Source: an uncultured bacterium (lineage in GTDB: Bacteria > Zixibacteria > MSB-5A5 > GN15 > FEB-12). From it: a stretch of 64,000 nucleotides of DNA. Made by a program: the position numbers and the translations under genes. Where the stretch lies: positions 192,001 through 256,000 of the forward strand of contig CBDVDR010000002.1 in assembly GCA_965372795.1 (NCBI GenBank), given 5' to 3'. Under the pieces are notes generated by a model that did not search any database, had not been told where the DNA came from, and saw only the letters and a list, made by a program, of their open reading frames with translations. Positions 1 through 7,585 of the stretch are shown here, in pieces (position 1 is the stretch's first letter; every line of letters begins with the position of its first letter).

Positions 1-1
1 A

Positions 2-112
2 TTAGTAGTGATTTTGATAGGCGTTATTTCAGCGACATTTTCTAAGGCATGGGATATAGAATTTATGACCGCAATTTTTGAATATTTAACAAATGTATTT
101 TCTGTTAGTTAG
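2..112 (+). CDS. 3' end of a membrane protein, probably the copy-1 paralog of 2625..4025 (truncated by window edge)
   Basis: Frame 2 reads LVVILIGVISATFSKAWDIEFMTAIFEYLTNVFSVS* (TAG 110-112). This is a hydrophobic C-terminal helix like the end of 2625..4025 and it sits in the same position in the gene order. Confidence 0.6.
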   Translation, partial: LVVILIGVISATFSKAWDIEFMTAIFEYLTNVFSVS

Positions 113-124
113 TGAAAAGATAAT

Positions 125-799
125 ATGAGAAGACAGATACCATTATTAATTACTTTTTTTGTTGGAACGCTTCTAATTGTTGCGGTTTTTGTTCCACCAT
201 TTGAAAGCCTTGAGAAAACTTTTACGCTGTTTTTTGATATTATTGCTGTGTTCGCATTTTTTCTCGGCGGTGGCAACCTTGTCAGAGTTCATGTCAGAAA
301 ATTGATTAGCAAAAAAGAGGACTGGACTTTTTCTATTGTAACTCTTGCTGGGTTTACCTTAATGCTCGTTGTCGGTTTATTCAAAATGGGCAACCCGGGT
401 GGGATTGCCGCCTCGATTACTACCGAAGGTTCTTATTTTCAGGAAATATTTAATAACGTCATCAACCCGCTTCAATCCACGATGTATGCGTTATTAGCCT
501 TTTTTGTAGCCTCGGCTTCCTATCGTGCCTTCCGGGCTAAAAACCGGGAAGCCACAATTCTTTTGGTCGCTGCCTTTATTATTCTTTTAGGGCGGACACC
601 ATTAGGAATGATGATGACGGGGTGGATTCCTGAAAGCTTTTCAATTATGCAAATCCCGAATCTTGCAATATGGATTATGAATTCACCAAACTTAGCCGGT
701 CAGAGAGCAATTATGATCGGGATTGGTTTGGGTGTTGTCTCGATGTCACTACGGTTAATACTTGGGATTGAACGAACCTATTTAGGAGGGGATGATTGA
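125..799 (+). CDS. Uncharacterised polytopic membrane protein (module subunit B, copy 1)
   Basis: About 6 hydrophobic segments; shares STMxALLAFFxASAxYRAFRAxN and PNLAxQRAIxIGIGLG...LGIER with 4039..4854. Confidence 0.85.
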   Translation: MRRQIPLLITFFVGTLLIVAVFVPPFESLEKTFTLFFDIIAVFAFFLGGGNLVRVHVRKLISKKEDWTFSIVTLAGFTLMLVVGLFKMGNPGGIAASITTEGSYFQEIFNNVINPLQSTMYALLAFFVASASYRAFRAKNREATILLVAAFIILLGRTPLGMMMTGWIPESFSIMQIPNLAIWIMNSPNLAGQRAIMIGIGLGVVSMSLRLILGIERTYLGGDD

Positions 800-1739
800 T
801 ATGCTAAATCCGATTCTTATCTCCCTGTCTAATATTGGTGTTATAATTTCGGTAATTATGATATTCGGCGGCTTGCTCTGGTTATTTATCAGATCAATCA
901 AAGCTAAGGAAGTAGATCGCCGAATTATTTTCATATTTATATTTGTGGCTGTTGCCGCTCCAATTTTATTCCCGATTACCTTTGAAGAAAAAGCGACTCC
1001 GATTGTTAAAGCGGTTTTTGATAAAATTGAAAATCTTCCTCCCGGTTCAAATATGTTAATTTCATTTGATTTTGATCCGGCTATGGCTCCTGAAGTTCAG
1101 CCGATGGCTAATGCGATTAGTGCTCATGCACTTGAAAAAGGGCATAAGATAATTTTCATGTCACTTTGGGCGACCGGTCAGGCTTTGTTGTCGCAGACCC
1201 TTGATAATGTTATTCTGCCTCAGTTTCCTGAAAAGCAGGATTTGGTTGATTATGTTAATATCGGTTACAAGGCTGGGAATGAAGGCGTTTTGAATGTGAT
1301 CGTCGGTGATTTCAGGCAGATGTTTCCGACTGATGTAAATTCGGTTCCACTTGATGATATCGAATTATTTAATAATATAAAATCATGTAAAGATATGGAC
1401 TTAATCATTTCTATCGGTGGCGGGAAACCGGGACCGAAGGAATGGGTTTTATTCGTTGGCGATCCCGGTGATGTTCCGGTTGGGGCAGGGGTTGCGGCGG
1501 TAGTTGCTCCGCAGTTGTATCCTTATTTTCCAAGTCAGGTTGTAGGCATTCTTGGAGGAATAAAGGGAGCCGCTGAATATGAATCTGAATTAGTTTCAAG
1601 GCATGAAAAATTTAAAGATATGGATACTCCCGGATTGAGAATGATGGGTCCTCAGACATTAGCTCATATTGTTATTATGGCCTTTATTGTAATTGGGAAT
1701 GTGATTTATTTTCGCAGCCGCAAAGGGGAGACAAGATGA
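792..1739 (+). CDS. Uncharacterised membrane-anchored protein with large soluble domain (subunit C, copy 1)
   Basis: N- and C-terminal TM helices around a soluble domain; DRR..F, D(F/Y)DP and YP..GI.GG..GAA.YE motifs shared with 4865..5743; overlaps the upstream stop. Confidence 0.85.
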   Translation: MIDMLNPILISLSNIGVIISVIMIFGGLLWLFIRSIKAKEVDRRIIFIFIFVAVAAPILFPITFEEKATPIVKAVFDKIENLPPGSNMLISFDFDPAMAPEVQPMANAISAHALEKGHKIIFMSLWATGQALLSQTLDNVILPQFPEKQDLVDYVNIGYKAGNEGVLNVIVGDFRQMFPTDVNSVPLDDIELFNNIKSCKDMDLIISIGGGKPGPKEWVLFVGDPGDVPVGAGVAAVVAPQLYPYFPSQVVGILGGIKGAAEYESELVSRHEKFKDMDTPGLRMMGPQTLAHIVIMAFIVIGNVIYFRSRKGETR

Positions 1740-2578
1740 AAAAGTCGTCCTATATTGTCTTAGCGGTTGTCATGGGTTTATTTATTTTGAGTTGGATTAT
1801 GAAGTCCTCATCAGTGAGTGTTGCCGATGATAATTTTATCATGCGTGGTTTTCTGATCACTTTTGCCGCATTTTTAACACTGTCGGTTCTATCGTTTTTA
1901 TATAAAGATAATCCTTTTTACAAATTTGCCGAGCATCTGTTTGTAGGCGTTTCAGCCGCTTTCTGGATGTGTCTCGGGTTCTGGTCAACTATTGTTGGTA
2001 ATTTGATTCCCAGAATTTCAGCAGATTTATCGGAATTTTTTAAAGTTCCATATATAGGCGACGCCTGGGGATTAATATTCGGTTTAGATATTATGAACAT
2101 TGTCTATATGTTCCCTATCATTTTTGGTTTGCTTCTCTTGATGAGGCTGTCGACTAATTATGGGTGGTTATCCCGCTGGCCTCTGGCGCTGATCGTTGGA
2201 ACAACAGCCGGGTTAAATTTTATTCGTTACTTGTCCTCTGATTTTATTCAGCAGGTTTCTTCGACTTTTGTACCTTTGCTGGGTACTGATTGGCAGGGAA
2301 TCGGACATTTCTTTGCCAACATCAATCTGTCAGCTTCGGGACAATTAGTATTGATCCTTGCCAACTGGGTCATATTTCTCGGTGTTTTTTGCGGATTGAT
2401 ATATTTCTATTTTTCCAAAGAACATACCGGAGTCTTCGGGTCGGCCTCAAGGGTTGGTATTTGGATTTTAATGGTGACCTTCGGCGCATCATTTGGATAT
2501 ACGGTTATGGGACGCATCTCGCTTTTAGTCGGACGAATCACTTTTCTATTCAAAGATTGGTTAGAAATAATAACTTAA
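1736..2578 (+). CDS. Uncharacterised polytopic membrane protein (subunit D, copy 1)
   Basis: ATGA overlap; SFLYKDNPFYKxAEHLxVGVSA and FGASFGYTVMxRISL shared with 5743..6549. Confidence 0.85.
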   Translation: MKKSSYIVLAVVMGLFILSWIMKSSSVSVADDNFIMRGFLITFAAFLTLSVLSFLYKDNPFYKFAEHLFVGVSAAFWMCLGFWSTIVGNLIPRISADLSEFFKVPYIGDAWGLIFGLDIMNIVYMFPIIFGLLLLMRLSTNYGWLSRWPLALIVGTTAGLNFIRYLSSDFIQQVSSTFVPLLGTDWQGIGHFFANINLSASGQLVLILANWVIFLGVFCGLIYFYFSKEHTGVFGSASRVGIWILMVTFGASFGYTVMGRISLLVGRITFLFKDWLEIIT

Positions 2579-2624
2579 TTAAGATACTATAATATTAATT
2601 TATAATACTTACAGGGAAAACTGT

Positions 2625-4025
2625 ATGAAATGTAAATCGGTAATCATATTACTTATGCTGTTTGTAATGTCGTTGCCTGTAGCCGCCCAGGATGAAGCTG
2701 TGACCGATAGTCTGGCCGATTCCACCGAAGTAATCCTTCCGGCTCCAGCTACGATGTTTACAGGCAAGGATACCGACAACGATCATGGTCATTCTGTCAC
2801 GTTAAACTGGGAAACCTCAGTTGATGATGGAAGTGACGATGCTTCAATTTCAGTTCTGTCTTATGAAATCTTTCGCTGGACTCCTTTGATGAGAGATACA
2901 GTTGAACAGGTTCGCAGCAAACTTGCTATAGCAGAGTCAGCTTTGGATGAAGGTGCTGGAATTAAGAGTGAATTGAAGCAGAGCCGAGATGACCTTCTTG
3001 AAGAATATGAAGCCTTGTTGGTTGGATATCCTCAGGCTTATGATCAGTATCCAGAAAATGGTGGATGGACAAATGTTGGCAAAGTGCCATCCGGTACTAC
3101 CACCTTTCAGGATAAAGGCAGCAAAAAGCGTGAAGCATTTGATTATTCTCCTGATTTTTGCAACTTTTATTATCGGGTGGATGCAGTCACCGTTGATTCC
3201 ACAATAAGATCATCATCTGAGATTTTCGGACCGGTGCAATCATTCGGTCAGTGGTTTAACAGCGGGCGTCTTCCGGTATTTTTGGCTGTTTTAATCTTTG
3301 GGCTATTGACTCTATTCTTTGTTCAAAGAGCCAAAAGAGGTGCTAATTTATATGTGCGTCCTTTGGCAGGTATCGAAGCCGTTGACGATGCTATCGGTCG
3401 GGCTACAGAAATGGGTAAACCGATTCTTTATGTTCTTGGCTTGGGTACAGCCTCAGATGTTGCGACTATCGCTTCATTTACAATTTTAGGTCGTGTGGCA
3501 AAAAAAGTTGCTGAATATCAGACAACCTTGATTGTGCCGACTTATGATCCGATTGTAATGACAGTTGCTCAGGAAGTTGTAAAGTCAGCTTTCCTTGATG
3601 CCGGTCGTCCTGATGATTTTAAAGAAGATACGGTTCACTTTGTGACCCAGTCACAGTTTGCTTATGTTGCAGCTGTCAATGGTACAATGCTTCGTGAACT
3701 TCCGGCTACAAATGTTTATATGGGTAAATTCTTTGCAGAATCGTTGCTTCTTGCAGAAACAGGAGCAATTGCTAAATCGGTTCAAATTGCCGGTACAGAT
3801 GAAATTGCTCAGATACCTTTCTTTATTGTAGCTTGTGACTATACATTAATAGGAGAAGAATTATACGCTGCTTCGGCTTATCTTGGTCGTGAGCCTATTT
3901 TATTAGGTTCCTTAAAAGCTCAGGATTGGGCAAAGGCTGCAGTAATTATTCTTGGAATCGTCGGTATAATAGCCGCTAACTTTGGCCTGACAGAATTTAC
4001 CAGTCTGTTTCAGGTAACTAATTAG
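2625..4025 (+). CDS. Signal-peptide membrane protein with an N-terminal FN3-like extracytoplasmic region and a conserved C-terminal domain (DUF6754-like; subunit A, copy 2)
   Basis: Signal peptide ending VAA-Q; VTLNW...YEIFR...YYRVDA FN3-like pattern; TM at about aa 216-233; RPLAGIEAVDDAIGRATEMG and LIGEELYAASAYL motifs recalled from DUF6754. Confidence 0.75.
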   Translation: MKCKSVIILLMLFVMSLPVAAQDEAVTDSLADSTEVILPAPATMFTGKDTDNDHGHSVTLNWETSVDDGSDDASISVLSYEIFRWTPLMRDTVEQVRSKLAIAESALDEGAGIKSELKQSRDDLLEEYEALLVGYPQAYDQYPENGGWTNVGKVPSGTTTFQDKGSKKREAFDYSPDFCNFYYRVDAVTVDSTIRSSSEIFGPVQSFGQWFNSGRLPVFLAVLIFGLLTLFFVQRAKRGANLYVRPLAGIEAVDDAIGRATEMGKPILYVLGLGTASDVATIASFTILGRVAKKVAEYQTTLIVPTYDPIVMTVAQEVVKSAFLDAGRPDDFKEDTVHFVTQSQFAYVAAVNGTMLRELPATNVYMGKFFAESLLLAETGAIAKSVQIAGTDEIAQIPFFIVACDYTLIGEELYAASAYLGREPILLGSLKAQDWAKAAVIILGIVGIIAANFGLTEFTSLFQVTN

Positions 4026-4038
4026 GAGGTGGAATAGA

Positions 4039-4854
4039 ATGAAAAGACAAATACCTCTCTTTTTAGTTTTTCTGTTCGGAATGTTCATGATAATTCAATA
4101 TTTTGTACCTCATGAATCATCTGAATGGATCTATGAATTCCTTCTCGAATGGATTGTGATTATCGGAATTTTTGCGCTTGCACTCGGAATCTGGTCGCTG
4201 TTGAGAGTTTCATTAGATAAAATTAAAACTAAAAAACCGAATTGGATATATTCATATCTGACATTATTCGGACTTTTTGCAATGATCATTTTCGGTTTCA
4301 CAGCGAAGAATGGCGATCCGTGGGGGATGTATTTCCCATTTGTTGCCTGTGTTCTGTTGGCTATTGGAATGATAATTCATACGATAATTTCATCATCGCA
4401 AAAAACCTTGTACGCTTCGCTGACAGGACTATTTATTTTATTGGCGGTCCTTATCTCAATTTTTGACAGCAGCTGGAGTTTCCATTTCAGCACTGCCGAT
4501 GGTGTTCAGAACCCGATGTTCAGAGCCTTCTTTGATCATATCTTGATTCCGTGCTTGTCAACAATGTTTGCCCTGTTAGCATTCTTTATTGCATCAGCAG
4601 CCTATCGTGCCTTTAGAGCAAGGAATCTTCTGGCAACCCTTCTGTTAATCGCGGCACTTATTGTGATGATGCGATTTAATCCGTGGTTTGCAGCACTTTA
4701 TGGTGATTTTGGTGCTAAAACATCTAACTGGCTTATGAATGTTCCCAACTTGGCAGCTCAGCGAGCTATCGTTATCGGGATTGGTCTCGGTATCGTTGCT
4801 ACTGCTCTAAAAGTTATCCTGGGCATTGAACGCGGCTATATGGGGAAAGGATAA
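4039..4854 (+). CDS. Uncharacterised polytopic membrane protein (subunit B, copy 2)
   Basis: AGGAGG RBS; paralog of 125..799 with an extra hydrophobic hairpin inserted. Confidence 0.85.
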   Translation: MKRQIPLFLVFLFGMFMIIQYFVPHESSEWIYEFLLEWIVIIGIFALALGIWSLLRVSLDKIKTKKPNWIYSYLTLFGLFAMIIFGFTAKNGDPWGMYFPFVACVLLAIGMIIHTIISSSQKTLYASLTGLFILLAVLISIFDSSWSFHFSTADGVQNPMFRAFFDHILIPCLSTMFALLAFFIASAAYRAFRARNLLATLLLIAALIVMMRFNPWFAALYGDFGAKTSNWLMNVPNLAAQRAIVIGIGLGIVATALKVILGIERGYMGKG

Positions 4855-4864
4855 GGAGGACAGT

Positions 4865-5743
4865 ATGGATGTATTTGAAAAACTGATGAATCTTGACCGT
4901 CGCTGGGTCTTTTTGCTTTTGATAATTGTTTGTGTATTCTCATATGCTGTTGATTTTAATGTTCCCATTTTGGTTGAACCGGAAACAGAAAAGATATTTG
5001 AGTTTATTGACAATCTTGATGAAGGCGAAATTATACTAGTTGCAATAGATTATGATCCTAATAACATGGCCGAACTTCACCCTATGACCTATACGGTGGT
5101 TGAGCATTGCTGGCGTAAAAAAGTCAAAGTGATTTTTACAGCTTTGTCTCAGAACGGTCCCGGCATGGCGGATCAGGCGATACGTGATATCTCAGACTCA
5201 TTACTTATTGATAAAACTTATAACGGTGTTGAGTTTGAAGGCCGAGAGATCGTAAATGGAATAGATTACTGCTTCCTTGGTTATAAACCATATTATGCAC
5301 TTGTAATTCTGGCAATGGGGCAGGATTTCAGACTGCCTTTCCCGAATGATTACTATGGCAGTCCCCTTGATTCATTACCAATGATGAGAGGTGTCAGCAA
5401 TTACGATGACATGGCTTGTGTTGTTGATCTTTCCGGTGGTAATATAACTGATGCCTGGATTTCATACGGACAGGGCAGATTCGGATTCCCGCTTGCTCTT
5501 GGGCTTACCGGTGTAATGACAGCTCAGTATTATCCATTCCTTGGTTCAGGTCAGGTTTTTGGAATAATGGGAGGACTTTTAGGAGCCGCCCAATATGAAG
5601 AAATGGCTGAGAATCCCGGCTTGGCTAAAGATGGAATGCGAGTTCAGCTTGGGGCTCATGTTGTAATCATAATTTTTATTATTATGGGTAACGTTGGATT
5701 ATTGATGGAACGTCGCAGACAAAGAAGGGAAGGAGGTATCTAA
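4865..5743 (+). CDS. Uncharacterised membrane-anchored protein (subunit C, copy 2)
   Basis: AGGAGG at 4854-4859 favours ATG 4865 over the ORF-track start at 4826; paralog of 792..1739. Confidence 0.85.
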   Translation: MDVFEKLMNLDRRWVFLLLIIVCVFSYAVDFNVPILVEPETEKIFEFIDNLDEGEIILVAIDYDPNNMAELHPMTYTVVEHCWRKKVKVIFTALSQNGPGMADQAIRDISDSLLIDKTYNGVEFEGREIVNGIDYCFLGYKPYYALVILAMGQDFRLPFPNDYYGSPLDSLPMMRGVSNYDDMACVVDLSGGNITDAWISYGQGRFGFPLALGLTGVMTAQYYPFLGSGQVFGIMGGLLGAAQYEEMAENPGLAKDGMRVQLGAHVVIIIFIIMGNVGLLMERRRQRREGGI

Positions 5744-6549
5744 TGGATTTTACTACTTTTATATGGACTACTTTTGGTGCCTTTTTAACCCTTGGCATCT
5801 TTTCGTTCCTGTACAAAGATAACCCATTCTATAAGATTGCCGAGCATCTTGTAGTAGGTGTTTCAGCAGGATATTTTGTGGTTATTTTATGGCATAACGG
5901 ACTAACCCCAAACCTATTTCAACGTCTTGACGATGGCAGTTGGTATTTACTATGGCTAAATTCTTCAGCGCCATGGTATATTGTGCCGGCGCTTTTGGGT
6001 GTCTTGATGTGGACTCGTTTCTCAAAGAAATATTCCTGGGTTTCCCGTTGGCCGATGGGCTTATATATTGGTATTGCAACCGGTGTTGCTATCCCGCTTG
6101 AAATGGGTGCCAAAGTAAACCGTCAGTTGTTTGCAGTCATGGAAAAAGGTATCGATTGGACCAATTTCTTTGGTGTCAATGGATTTAATCTGTTGGATTC
6201 AGCTTCCGGCTTATCACAGTTAATAATTTTCGTCGGAACTGTTGCCGCTTTGGTGTACTTTTTCTTCTCCAAAGCCCATACCGGTGTTTTTGGCGGAGTT
6301 GCAAAGTTTGGAATCTGGATATTAATGATAGGTTTCGGAGCCTCTTTTGGCTATACGGTGATGGCTCGAATATCACTGTTTATTAACCGTCTGCAGTTCC
6401 TTGATATCAACTGGTATCAGAATGCGATGGATACTTCCAACGCCAATCATCATGCCGGCTTCCTAATCTTTTTCTGGTTGCTGGTACTGCTTGTGCTTGG
6501 ATATGCAGTTAAAGAATTTATAGATTTCAGGAAATCTAAGTCAGCTTAA
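5743..6549 (+). CDS. Uncharacterised polytopic membrane protein (subunit D, copy 2)
   Basis: TAATG overlap; paralog of 1736..2578. Confidence 0.85.
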   Translation: MDFTTFIWTTFGAFLTLGIFSFLYKDNPFYKIAEHLVVGVSAGYFVVILWHNGLTPNLFQRLDDGSWYLLWLNSSAPWYIVPALLGVLMWTRFSKKYSWVSRWPMGLYIGIATGVAIPLEMGAKVNRQLFAVMEKGIDWTNFFGVNGFNLLDSASGLSQLIIFVGTVAALVYFFFSKAHTGVFGGVAKFGIWILMIGFGASFGYTVMARISLFINRLQFLDINWYQNAMDTSNANHHAGFLIFFWLLVLLVLGYAVKEFIDFRKSKSA

Positions 6550-6569
6550 TAGATTTTTAGTTTAAAAAT

Positions 6570-6603
6570 AAATCCCGTTATTGAGAAATAGCGGGATTTT
6601 TTT
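6570..6603 (+). terminator. Intrinsic terminator, possibly bidirectional
   Basis: Stem AATCCCGTTATT / AATAGCGGGATT with GAGA loop, followed by a T run and preceded by an A-rich run. Confidence 0.85.
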
Positions 6604-6791
6604 GTTGTATTATCAAACTTTTTATTATAACTACAGTACAAGGATTAGAACTTGTTGCCCCCGGCTGGAATTATTTCAGCCATAAATTCATTTCCGAGCT
6701 TGCCTTTTTACGGCAGGCAATAATCAAATAAGACAACTTTGGTTTGTTTTTTTGTCGTATTTATTCGTATAATCAAATATGACATTGTTAA

Positions 6792-6988
6792 TGTATGTCA
6801 AGTAAATCACCTTAAACTCAGTACTTTAAGGGGGACAATGGTTTGTATGTTCCTGAGATGAACAGCATAACTCATGTTATTCCTTTGTTTTAAGATATCT
6901 ATAAATTGATCAATGAAATAAGTCATTCAACGACTGCTCATTAAGAAATAATTATTTTAGAAAAAACAAAGATTTTACTTGACATACA
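6792..6988. repeat. Perfect 15-bp inverted repeat pair bounding a 197-bp segment
   Basis: TGTATGTCAAGTAAA (6792-6806) is the reverse complement of TTTACTTGACATACA (6974-6988). Confidence 0.7.
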
Positions 6989-7007
6989 GGTAATAATTTC
7001 CTACCGT
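6979..7007 (+). promoter_or_regulatory. Sigma70-type promoter for the 7094 gene
   Basis: TTGACA-17 nt-TACCGT. Confidence 0.55.
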
Positions 7008-7093
7008 AACTATTGGAGGAACTGATCAGGCTTGTCCTGATATAAAATTATCTATAAATGGGTAGCAACTAATCACAGGGAAAGTGAGGATGT

Positions 7094-7444
7094 ATGGCTC
7101 AAACAAATGGAGCCTCAATTCACACCAACACCGAACCTGCTAACGCCGGTAGCGAGATTCTTAAATTGAAAAAAAGGGGTAAACTATCTACAGCGGAAGC
7201 TCGTCGTGAGTATCAGAGGCAGTACTACCAGAAGCACAAAGAGAAGGCAAAAGAATATCAGCGTCAGTATAATTTAACCCATAAGAAAAAAGCCCGTGGC
7301 GGGCGTGGGAAAACCGGTGTAATCGCTCAACGCGAAGTAGTCAGATCGACATTTAATACAACTGATTTGATGCATTCACCAGTTGAAAAGACGCTAAAAA
7401 TGCTTGAACAGATCATAAAAGGCGAACGACTTTTTACAATGTAA
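7094..7444 (+). CDS. Small basic hypothetical protein
   Basis: GAGGA RBS; Lys/Arg-rich; EYQRQY occurs twice; has its own promoter and terminator. Confidence 0.75.
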   Translation: MAQTNGASIHTNTEPANAGSEILKLKKRGKLSTAEARREYQRQYYQKHKEKAKEYQRQYNLTHKKKARGGRGKTGVIAQREVVRSTFNTTDLMHSPVEKTLKMLEQIIKGERLFTM

Positions 7445-7466
7445 GAAGTTGACAGCATTGAATTTT

Positions 7467-7506
7467 AAGGCGGTTGAGAATAATAATTATTTTCAACCGC
7501 CTTTTA
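7467..7506 (+). terminator. Intrinsic terminator
   Basis: Long stem AAGGCGGTTGAGAATAA / TTATTTTCAACCGCCTT followed by Ts. Confidence 0.75.
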
Positions 7507-7585
7507 TATTGCTTGTAAGGTTTTGATGTAATAGATTCTGCGTAGAATTTGGCAAATCTTTTAATTTAGTATGAGGGTCGATTAA

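Noticed and set aside
6838..6870. Tiny ORF MVCMFLR-TGA after a G-rich RBS-like run
   Set aside because: Too short; readthrough adds only three residues (the UGA codon plus two more) before TAA; no motif or SECIS support.
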